Positions 32,810-40,621 of a DNA stretch of 47,273 bases are shown in pieces. Source of the DNA: an uncultured Gammaproteobacteria bacterium (lineage in GTDB: Bacteria; Patescibacteriota; Microgenomatia; UBA8517); NCBI GenBank assembly GCA_964606975.1, contig CAZSGY010000026.1, forward strand, positions 1 to 47,273, written 5' to 3'. A program made the translations under genes and the position numbers. Position 1 is the stretch's first letter; the number at the start of each line of letters is the position of its first letter. Below the pieces are notes generated by a model. That model had not been told where the DNA came from and searched no databases. It saw only the letters and a list, made by a program, of their open reading frames with translations.

Positions 32810-34700
32810 GATTAATTATACATTTCTTTTTTTGGGAATTTTATTCGTCACTTTCTTACCGGGATATCTGTTGGTGGAATTATTTTTTGCCGAGGTTAAG
32901 TTTTGGAAAAAAATCCCACTCTATTTGGTTGGCAGCGCAATAATGTCTACATTTTTGGTAGCCGCGCTTGGTTTAATCTTTGGTTTAAGTAGAGGTCTTC
33001 TTCTTGGAGTGGCGGCGGTTTTTTTAATAGCAGCTTTATATGTATTTTTTAAAAAGAAAAAATACAATTCCGATGAGATAAAGAAAAGATTGCCGGAAAT
33101 AATAGTCGGAGTTTTTATCTATGCCATTTATTTTACGGCTCTTTATCCCGCCATCTTCAGTTTTTATAACAATTATTTTGTAATGGGCGGTCCGAACTGG
33201 CAGGACACCGCCATGCACTTATCTATCATTGAGAGTATTGCTCAAGGAAATTTCCCGCCCCAGGCACCGTATTTTTCAGGACAACCTCTAAATTATTATT
33301 ATTTTGCAGATTTGCATGCAGCGATAGCGAACATCTTTTTTGGAGATTTTTTCCCTGAGATTCTGACTCTACTTAATCCTTTCTGGGCGGCAACCTTTTA
33401 TTTTTCAGTTTTTGCACTTACTTATCGATTGACCAAGAAAAAAATATTTTCTGTTATTGCCGGCTTTAGCGCCGTTTTTTACGGCAATTTGGGGTTTGTT
33501 AATTTTTTTAATGCCTTAATAAAGCAAAATAAAAACTATTTTGAATTAGTTGCCGTTAATCCCTTCAATTTTAATTTTGATTACCTGCAAATGGTTCCAA
33601 TGTCTGATTATTTTTTGCAAAACAGACCAATGATGGCAGGTTTGTCTCTGGTTACAGTGGCCATATTATTGCTAATTGATTCAAGCAAAAATCGAAAAAA
33701 TATTATTTTTGCCGGAATAATTGCCGGCTCACTACTTAAATTTCAGATGTTTGGCTTTTTAGTTGTTTGGATGTTTTTTGGGATTTATTTTTTTGTAAAT
33801 CTGATAACCAAAAAAATAACTTTTAAGAAAGTGATTAAAGCCGCGATCCTTTTTGCACCCACAACTTTAATATTGGGATTAATTTCAGTGGCTTCAAAAG
33901 TCGGGACCAGATCAATGTTTCAGGTATTCTTGGACAGTTTTTCCTTTGGCCCATGGCAAGCACACGACGCCGGCTGGTTTATTTGGTTTTTTATCGGCAA
34001 TTTGGGAATAGGTTTTGTTGTTTATATTTTTAGTTTGTTTTTAAAACCTTTGAGAAAAGACACCGCCGCTCTTTGTCTGGCCATTCTTTCCTTGGTTTTA
34101 TTGGCCATTCCGGTTTCTATGAAATTTACGCTTTATGAATTTGACATGCTCAAATTTTATTATTATTTAATCCCCTTAATTTCTGTGTTGCTGGGTTTTT
34201 ATTTTGCCAATTCCAAACACAAATCCGCGGCAGTGTTTCTTTTTATCTTTTTGACAATTACTTCTTCGCTAACCTCCATCAATTTGCTTGCTCATTCGTA
34301 TTTGAATAAAACTCTTGGTTATTCGTACTCAGACTACGAGTCCGGAATTTGGATCCGGGAAAATATCCCTCAAAAATCAGTTTTTGTTACCCTACCCACC
34401 GTGCATTCCGCACCCAGCGATATAGGAGGGAGATTAAGGGTAATTTCCTATATTAATTGGCCGTACTCACACGGATTTAACACGGGTTCTGATAATGTGT
34501 TTTCGAGGGTTTATGACGTAAGAGTTGTATATGAAACTGGCGACACTTCTCAAATCAAGCTAAAATATGGGGCAAAGTTTATATATTTGGGACATGAGGA
34601 AAAGGCTCAATTTCCCAACGCCGATCGTGTTTTTGATAAAGAAACAAACTTAAATAAGGTTTACGATAAAGACGGAATCAAAATTTATGAAATTTTTTAA
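32808..34700 (+). CDS. large polytopic membrane protein, GT-C-like (NYYYF loop motif)
   Basis: 630 aa with more than 12 TM helices. The loop GGPNWQDTAMHLSIIESIAQGNFPPQAPYFSGQPLNYYYFADLH is reminiscent of YYY-motif membrane glycosyltransferase-like families. A soluble C-terminal domain is present. Confidence 0.5.
   Translation: MINYTFLFLGILFVTFLPGYLLVELFFAEVKFWKKIPLYLVGSAIMSTFLVAALGLIFGLSRGLLLGVAAVFLIAALYVFFKKKKYNSDEIKKRLPEIIVGVFIYAIYFTALYPAIFSFYNNYFVMGGPNWQDTAMHLSIIESIAQGNFPPQAPYFSGQPLNYYYFADLHAAIANIFFGDFFPEILTLLNPFWAATFYFSVFALTYRLTKKKIFSVIAGFSAVFYGNLGFVNFFNALIKQNKNYFELVAVNPFNFNFDYLQMVPMSDYFLQNRPMMAGLSLVTVAILLLIDSSKNRKNIIFAGIIAGSLLKFQMFGFLVVWMFFGIYFFVNLITKKITFKKVIKAAILFAPTTLILGLISVASKVGTRSMFQVFLDSFSFGPWQAHDAGWFIWFFIGNLGIGFVVYIFSLFLKPLRKDTAALCLAILSLVLLAIPVSMKFTLYEFDMLKFYYYLIPLISVLLGFYFANSKHKSAAVFLFIFLTITSSLTSINLLAHSYLNKTLGYSYSDYESGIWIRENIPQKSVFVTLPTVHSAPSDIGGRLRVISYINWPYSHGFNTGSDNVFSRVYDVRVVYETGDTSQIKLKYGAKFIYLGHEEKAQFPNADRVFDKETNLNKVYDKDGIKIYEIF
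32815..32822 (-). promoter_or_regulatory. TGTATAAT -10 element, 5 nt upstream of the ATG at 32809 (inside the divergent gene)
   Basis: The minus strand reads TGTATAAT-TAATC-ATG. Confidence 0.5.
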
Positions 34701-37107
34701 GAGATATAAAAACATTTTATATCTGCTTTTGTTTGCGCTGATTTTGAGGATACCACTTTCCTTTTTTGGGACTTTGGAACTAGACCAAAATACATTTATT
34801 GCTTGGAGTTCCGATTTGGCAAAAAACGGTTTTAAAAATTTTTACAATGGATGGAGTGATTATTTGCCCGGATATTTATATTTTTTGTGGGGGTTGGGAA
34901 AGGTGAATTTATTAAATATATTTCCGGAAGTCCTTCTCTATAAAATTCCTGGAATTCTTGCTGATTTGGCAACCGGTTTTTTGATTTATGAAATAATTAA
35001 GAAATACAAAAACGAAAAATGGGGTTTAATTGCAGCCGCAATATATGTCTTCAATCCGGCAATAATTGCCAACTCCACTTTTTGGGGACAGGTTGACTCG
35101 CTGACATCGTTAGCTTCAATTGCTGCCGTTTATTTATTAAGTCGGAACTATGTACTTTCCGCTGCCGTCCTGGCCGCCGGAACATTGATCAAGCCCCAGG
35201 CGGCGTTTATTATGCCCATTATTTTTATACTAATGCTTAAAGAAAAATGGAAGTTCTCAAAGATACTTATTTACCTGACTAGCGGCCTTATAGTCTTTAT
35301 TTTGGGGTTTGTGCCGTTTGCCAAAGGAGACCTAATTCCCTTTGTTTTAGATAGATTGACTCTCTCGGCCAACCAATATCCCTATACTTCAGTAAATGCA
35401 TTTAATTTCTGGGGGCTTTTTGGATTTTGGAGACCTGACAATATTTACCTCCAGTTTGGGGGGTATCTTGTTGTTTTACTAACAACAGTTTTATTTTCCC
35501 TAAAGTATGCCAAAAAGAAGCTTGCCGTTTACTATCTTTTGACTTTTGTTTTTGCTGCCAGCTTTATGTACTTTACACGAATGCATGAAAGACACCTCCT
35601 GCCGCTTTTGGCTCCGTTGGCAATAGTATCTGTCGACAACCCCGCACTTTTGCTCGTGTATTTGGGGTATTCGCTAATTTATTTTGCCAATTTGGTTTAT
35701 TCTTATTTCTGGATCTCAAATAATTTTATTCAGGTTTTTCCGGATTTTTTTATCAAGTTATTAATTTTTTTAAATAACTCATTTTTAATATATATAACTT
35801 ACGTCATATTAAAAGACAAAAAAGTGTCTTGGAAAAGATTTTCGTCAATATTTATCTTATTGGCTAAGAAAATAAAAAGCAGGAAAACCAGGGTTGTTAA
35901 GTTGCCGGATCTAAAATTAAATAAAAATACAATTAAGGCGATTCTTTTTTTGATTTTGGGGTTTGCATTTGTTACTAGGGTTTTTGATTTAAGCAAACCC
36001 GATACCATGTACTTTGATGAGGTTTACCACGCTTTTACCGCCAAGGTGATGATGGGGCCTGAATCTTATAAAGCTTGGGAGTGGTGGAACACTCCTCCTG
36101 AGGGGTATGCGTATGAATGGACACATCCGCCTCTGGCCAAATTGGGAATGGTTTTGGGAATGTCCATTTTCGGTCAAACCTCATTTGGGTATCGGATTCC
36201 CGGAGCCATCTTGGGAGTGGGAGCAGTATTTTTGGTCTATCTTATTGCCAGGCATATTTTTAAGGACGAGGCAATCGGATTAATGGCAGCGGCCGCGTTT
36301 TCTTTAGATGGTCTGGCGCTTGTCATGAGTCGGATTGGAATGAATGACAGTTATATTCTTTTTTTCTCCTTACTTTCTATTTATATGTTTATGAAAGAAA
36401 AAGATTTGTTTTCTGCTACCTCCTTTGGTTTGGCTATTTCTTCAAAATGGTCTGCCGTTTGGGCGATTCCGATCTTTTTTGTTTTGTGGCTAAAGCGAAA
36501 AAACAAATTCAAACCCTCGATTTTTTGGTTTGTGCTTTTACCGCCGGTTATTTACCTCTTGTCGTATTTGCCGATGTTTGCCACGGGGCACACTCTGTCC
36601 ACATGGTGGGGAATGCAACAGCAAATGTGGTGGTATCACACAAGGCTTGAAGCGACACATCCTTACACGTCTCAGTGGTGGACGTGGCCGCTTTTAATCC
36701 GACCGATTTATCTTTATACAAGTAACGAAATAGGAGGTATGGTCAGTAGAATCTATGCAATGGGCAATCCGTTTGTGTTTTGGTTCGGTTTGCTTTCGGT
36801 AATTGCCTCAGCAGCTTATGCGGCAATTGAGAAGAACAAAAGCCTGGGATTGGTGGTTTTTTCCTATTTAATTTTCTTTGCAGCTTGGGCAGCATCTCCG
36901 AGAATTATGTTTTTGTATCACTATTTACCCTCCGTCCCATTTATGGCAATTGCCACCGCTTATGTCTTGCGCCGGAACTCAAAACTTGTACCGCTTTATT
37001 TTGGATTGTGTTTTCTGGCGTTTGTTTATTTTTACCCGCATTTTATCGGATTAAACATCCCCCTTGCCTTGGATAGAAGCTATTATTGGTTGAGTACCTG
37101 GAGATAG
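34687..37107 (+). CDS. fusion of two GT-C modules: N-terminal mannosyltransferase-like module plus C-terminal Pmt-type protein O-mannosyltransferase module
   Basis: Residues 1 to ~390 are polytopic with LDQNTFIAWSSDLAKNGF...YLPGYLY. Residues ~400-806 carry YFDEVYHAFTA, WTHPPLAKLG and C-terminal HPYTSQWWTWPLLIRPIY, typical of bacterial Pmt. Confidence 0.65.
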   Translation: MKFFKRYKNILYLLLFALILRIPLSFFGTLELDQNTFIAWSSDLAKNGFKNFYNGWSDYLPGYLYFLWGLGKVNLLNIFPEVLLYKIPGILADLATGFLIYEIIKKYKNEKWGLIAAAIYVFNPAIIANSTFWGQVDSLTSLASIAAVYLLSRNYVLSAAVLAAGTLIKPQAAFIMPIIFILMLKEKWKFSKILIYLTSGLIVFILGFVPFAKGDLIPFVLDRLTLSANQYPYTSVNAFNFWGLFGFWRPDNIYLQFGGYLVVLLTTVLFSLKYAKKKLAVYYLLTFVFAASFMYFTRMHERHLLPLLAPLAIVSVDNPALLLVYLGYSLIYFANLVYSYFWISNNFIQVFPDFFIKLLIFLNNSFLIYITYVILKDKKVSWKRFSSIFILLAKKIKSRKTRVVKLPDLKLNKNTIKAILFLILGFAFVTRVFDLSKPDTMYFDEVYHAFTAKVMMGPESYKAWEWWNTPPEGYAYEWTHPPLAKLGMVLGMSIFGQTSFGYRIPGAILGVGAVFLVYLIARHIFKDEAIGLMAAAAFSLDGLALVMSRIGMNDSYILFFSLLSIYMFMKEKDLFSATSFGLAISSKWSAVWAIPIFFVLWLKRKNKFKPSIFWFVLLPPVIYLLSYLPMFATGHTLSTWWGMQQQMWWYHTRLEATHPYTSQWWTWPLLIRPIYLYTSNEIGGMVSRIYAMGNPFVFWFGLLSVIASAAYAAIEKNKSLGLVVFSYLIFFAAWAASPRIMFLYHYLPSVPFMAIATAYVLRRNSKLVPLYFGLCFLAFVYFYPHFIGLNIPLALDRSYYWLSTWR

Positions 37108-37109
37108 CC

Positions 37110-37397
37110 TTAGGCGGGTGCCAAATAAAAACCTCCCTTAACGATCACATACACAAGCGCTCCCAAAAAGAGGATCATAATTAGAAAGTAAATAACCGAC
37201 CATTTGCCGGATTTTGGAAAAAATTTGTCAAAAGGGTAATAAGAGAAGATTTCCGGCTTTAATCTTTTTAGGGAGTAAGTTGTTATCCAATAGGCAAAGA
37301 AAAATACTATTAGAAATCCGATCACAAAAATTATATCAACATAATTTGTCCGGATAAAATCTATTCCGGGTGTGATTGAAGAAATAATTTTGTTCAC
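37110..37397 (-). CDS. two-helix membrane protein, unknown; last gene of the PilN/PilO-led operon
   Basis: 95-aa hydrophobic ORF, 6 nt downstream of the preceding gene. Confidence 0.45.
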   Translation of the reverse strand: MNKIISSITPGIDFIRTNYVDIIFVIGFLIVFFFAYWITTYSLKRLKPEIFSYYPFDKFFPKSGKWSVIYFLIMILFLGALVYVIVKGGFYLAPA

Positions 37398-37403
37398 AAG
37401 CTT

Positions 37404-37898
37404 TTAGAGAGCCAAAAGTATTGCGCCTAAGATTATCAAGATGCCAAATCCGGCACCAAAAAGTGTGGGCCAACCGGTCCCGGATTGGGGAAGCGATGCT
37501 TCGGTGGGTGTCGGGGTGGCAGTATTAACACTAACCGATGTCGACGTCGGTGTGGCGGCTGCCTTCGTCGGCGTTGCTGTCGGTGTCGGGGCGATATAAC
37601 CTGTTGGGGTTGGTGTCAGTGTAGTAAGCGGTGTGGCCGTTGCCATAGCAGTGGTAGTTGGGGTTGCGGTCAAAGTCGGAATTGGGGACTCAGTGGGTCC
37701 GGAGATTGTAAAAGTTATCGAACAATTATTTACGGGCGCCACATTTTCTGCTTTGGGAAGACTTTCGGGGACATTAGGAGCAACAGGTTCTTGTCTTAGC
37801 TCATACAACCTAATGGCGGTGAAGATGGCAATTCCCGCCAGGATAACAGTTGTAATTATTATTAAAATTGTTCCGAGTTTGCTAACTGGTTTTTTCAT
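37404..37898 (-). CDS. Thr/Pro-rich surface protein with LPQSG C-terminal sorting-signal-like tail
   Basis: N-terminal signal/anchor, then a ~90-aa T/P/A-rich low-complexity region, ending ...TPTPTEASLPQSG plus a 24-aa hydrophobic tail. Confidence 0.6.
   Translation of the reverse strand: MKKPVSKLGTILIIITTVILAGIAIFTAIRLYELRQEPVAPNVPESLPKAENVAPVNNCSITFTISGPTESPIPTLTATPTTTAMATATPLTTLTPTPTGYIAPTPTATPTKAAATPTSTSVSVNTATPTPTEASLPQSGTGWPTLFGAGFGILIILGAILLAL
37407..37493 (-). other. sorting-signal-like C-terminus (LPQSG at 37479-37493 plus hydrophobic tail)
   Basis: LPQSG-TGWPTLFGAGFGILIILGAILLAL-stop. Confidence 0.5.
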
Positions 37899-37907
37899 AT
37901 TTTTTGA

Positions 37908-38927
37908 TTAAAACCACCCCAACGTGGCGTGGTGAACTTGTCCTGTGACTGAAAAAGTTGTTGTTCCTTCAGGTATGGTATAAGACTGACAATAAATAGT
38001 AGATTCTGGTTTTTGAGTGGTTCCTGGTTTCAGCATTGTGGTATCTGACTGTTGTACTCCGTTGATAATAAATCTGGCCATGTCAAAAGAGCCTGAAGTT
38101 GCAGAACCTGACACACATAAATTAATTACATCTCCGGCCTTTAATGAAGACCTATCAGTTGATGCAAGGGTGTTCCAGTCGGCATCAAAGGTTGTTACAC
38201 TGCTACAGCTGGCGGTCGTTGTGGGGGGCGCAGTTGGGGGCGTAGTTGGGTTGGTCACGGGGGGTGTTGTGCTACTGTCGCATTGTTTGGGACTAAGAGA
38301 ACATTGAACAGCATAGGGTTCTTGTCCGTCACAAATAACGGCGGTGTTAAAACACCACCACTTTCCATATTCATAATTTTTCCAGGTATAGCCGGACGGA
38401 CAAAGGCAATTCCCATCAGGAACAATAATTCCGGGGTTACCTTTTAGGTTATAACAAGCATACTCATTATTTTGTCCACCCTGGAAACAATCTCCTGATA
38501 CAACATTGCCGACGCAGGAGTGGCTTCCTAAATTTTCACATATAGGATAAACAGCCTTTTGTTGGAAAAGTTGTTTTTGCCCGACCGTGTAAGTTGCGAT
38601 AGCAACACCTCCGACCAGTGCAAAAATTCCTAAAATTGTGGCGATTATTTTTCCTGTCCCAAATTTTTTCTTGGGTGTAGAAGTAATGTTGGAAAAATCC
38701 GGGGGTGGTGCGGCCGACCCGGGATTGCCGGCTGGTGTTACTGGAGTAACAGGAGAAGCTGCTTGATTCACCGAGGTGTCCGGGGTCAATGTGTCCTGTG
38801 GAGCGGTTGTAACATTCGAGAAATCAGTGGGTGTGGGAGGCAAATCAGTTTGAGGGGAAAATGGAGCGGATCCAAGATCGTTTGTCTGCGGGGTTTGGCT
38901 TGGGTCGGGCTGATTTTGGTTGGGCAT
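37908..38927 (-). CDS. type II-anchored protein: P-rich tail, TM helix, 10-Cys module, T/P linker, beta-rich C-terminal domain
   Basis: 339 aa with 10 Cys within 88 residues (ICENLGSHSC...SLSPKQC). The start codon shares 1 nt with the upstream stop. Confidence 0.6.
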   Translation of the reverse strand: MPNQNQPDPSQTPQTNDLGSAPFSPQTDLPPTPTDFSNVTTAPQDTLTPDTSVNQAASPVTPVTPAGNPGSAAPPPDFSNITSTPKKKFGTGKIIATILGIFALVGGVAIATYTVGQKQLFQQKAVYPICENLGSHSCVGNVVSGDCFQGGQNNEYACYNLKGNPGIIVPDGNCLCPSGYTWKNYEYGKWWCFNTAVICDGQEPYAVQCSLSPKQCDSSTTPPVTNPTTPPTAPPTTTASCSSVTTFDADWNTLASTDRSSLKAGDVINLCVSGSATSGSFDMARFIINGVQQSDTTMLKPGTTQKPESTIYCQSYTIPEGTTTFSVTGQVHHATLGWF

Positions 38928-40300
38928 TAATTTTTATTAGATATCTTCCAGGTATAGAAACTAAATGAAATTACTACTAATCCCATCATAAACAGCAGAA
39001 TGCTTGGAGTCAAGCTTCCAGATTGCGGCAGGGAAGCTTCGGTTGGTGTAGGTGTTTTTGTGGGTTTTGGTGTAGGTGTTTTTGATATAGCGGGGGCTAT
39101 CGTGGACAGAGGTGTTGCACTTGGTTTTGGCGTGGGTTGGGTTGTGGCAGGTGTGTTTACTGGTGTTCCCGATGGAGTGGCAACAAAAGCCGGCAATTCT
39201 CCTGCTTGAACAACAAAACTTCTGGTCAGAGTTCTTTTAATCCCGGAAACATCTACCCAAGAGATGGTAACAGAATGGGTTCCCGGGGCTAAATTTGTTG
39301 GCGGTGACCAACTCCAGAGACCTGCGGAAGAAACTTTAGACGTTCCTGAAATTTGATTTTCTGAGTTAACGATAATAGTAATTTCTGTTCCCACAGGTCC
39401 CTCACCAAAAAATTCCGGTTTCTGGCTTGAAATTATTTCCCCTTCAGAAACGTTCTCCAGCGTTACACTTTTTGTTTGTGTGATTTTCTCACCGTTTAAG
39501 TTGAATTTTGATTCGATAGTTGCCGATTCAGGCAAGTTTAAGTCCGCGCTTGGGTTTTCTCCATCTAAACTTGGTTCGAGACTCCTAAAATCCTGATCCC
39601 GGCCGATGATTAATGCGGGAATGGGGTTGGCGGATCTGGAAAATATTTTTGCAGTTGCCATCTCGCCCGGGCCATTGGCGGCAGAAACCTCCAAAAGTGT
39701 TTTGTTCGCATCCACCTGTGCATATGCAGCGAGGTCTGTCGTTCTTACAGAACCAATTTGTAAAACAAACGTCCCATTGTCGGATGATAGTGTGGAAACG
39801 GTGTAGCCATTGATTGTTATATAAACTATCGCCCGTTTTACCACCTCGCCGGAAGCAGTAATTACCGAACCGGAAACCGGAATTGTTATCGGACTAATAG
39901 GTAAAAGGGCGCCCGTGGTAAATTGCCAGGGAACTCCATTGTTATCAAAAGTTGTTCCTTCGGAATTAATTTTAAAAAAATATTCCGTATTTGGATTCAG
40001 TCCCGTAAGGGTAATGCTGTGGGTAACAAATTTATCATCATTTTCAGTTTCGTTAATTAAAGTCCCCACATTTTTATTTGTTCCATACGAAACAAATCCC
40101 GTTGTTTGGTCGTCTGTAATCCAAGAAATAGTTGCCGAAGAATCGGTTAGATTGCTTATTCTGACATCTTTTGGGGTAATCGTTGGCCCGGCCCCAATTT
40201 TAAATATTTGATTGTTTTTTAAAAGAAACACCCCGGCAAACACTCCGGCGAAAAGCAAGAGTATTCCTAAAATGGTAGGGATTTTATTTTTTTTGATCAT
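38927..40300 (-). CDS. multidomain surface protein (Fn3-like, CarboxypepD_reg-like, Ig-like) with T/P linker and LPQSG tail
   Basis: Fn3-like SATISWITDDQTTGFVSYG...LTGLNPNTEYFF. Ig-like GLWSWSPPTNLAPGTHSVTISW. C-terminus TPTPTEASLPQSG, then a hydrophobic helix, then KISNKN. Confidence 0.65.
   Translation of the reverse strand: MIKKNKIPTILGILLLFAGVFAGVFLLKNNQIFKIGAGPTITPKDVRISNLTDSSATISWITDDQTTGFVSYGTNKNVGTLINETENDDKFVTHSITLTGLNPNTEYFFKINSEGTTFDNNGVPWQFTTGALLPISPITIPVSGSVITASGEVVKRAIVYITINGYTVSTLSSDNGTFVLQIGSVRTTDLAAYAQVDANKTLLEVSAANGPGEMATAKIFSRSANPIPALIIGRDQDFRSLEPSLDGENPSADLNLPESATIESKFNLNGEKITQTKSVTLENVSEGEIISSQKPEFFGEGPVGTEITIIVNSENQISGTSKVSSAGLWSWSPPTNLAPGTHSVTISWVDVSGIKRTLTRSFVVQAGELPAFVATPSGTPVNTPATTQPTPKPSATPLSTIAPAISKTPTPKPTKTPTPTEASLPQSGSLTPSILLFMMGLVVISFSFYTWKISNKN
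38930..39031 (-). other. sorting-signal-like C-terminus (LPQSG at 39017-39031, hydrophobic helix, basic end)
   Basis: LPQSG-SLTPSILLFMMGLVVISFSFYTWKISNKN-stop. This is the tripartite layout of sortase-type signals. Confidence 0.55.
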
Positions 40301-40620
40301 TGTTCAGGTAAGCCGCTGGGTGACGCCTCAGGTGTGGCTGAAGGTAGAGGTGTCTCCGTTGTTGGCGTTTGTACAGTACTCGTTGGCCCGCTAAAACTCA
40401 TTTGCGGAATTTCCGAATCGGGTATAAAAATTGCAGATTCAATTTTTTGGATCACTTTAGTGTTCAGAGTCGGATTTAAAGGTTTCAATACTTCTTCCGG
40501 GACAGGTGTCGGAGGTTTTACAGAGATGGCTCTATAAATACCCAGACCCACCCAAACCAGGGCAGTCAGGAGCGTCAGAATAAGTATTGTTATTGGTTTT
40601 GGTAAGGATTCCTTTTTCAT
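40297..40620 (-). CDS. small single-pass membrane protein with T/P-rich C-terminus
   Basis: MKKESLPKPITILILTLLTALVWVGLGIY... ATG at 40620 lies 1 nt after the PilO-like stop and is preferred to the 40677 start. It overlaps the next gene by 4 nt. Confidence 0.5.
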   Translation of the reverse strand: MKKESLPKPITILILTLLTALVWVGLGIYRAISVKPPTPVPEEVLKPLNPTLNTKVIQKIESAIFIPDSEIPQMSFSGPTSTVQTPTTETPLPSATPEASPSGLPEQ

Positions 40621-40621
40621 A

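Noticed and set aside
37485-39209. Plus-strand Cys/Arg/Gly-rich ORFs (37485-37911, 38017-38307, 39000-39209), and DNA that looks like short tandem repeats
   Set aside because: They lie opposite the Thr/Pro-rich coding regions. The apparent repeats (GGTGT/GGGGT units) are the reverse complement of ACN/CCN codon runs, not a CRISPR array or satellite. There are no regular spacers.
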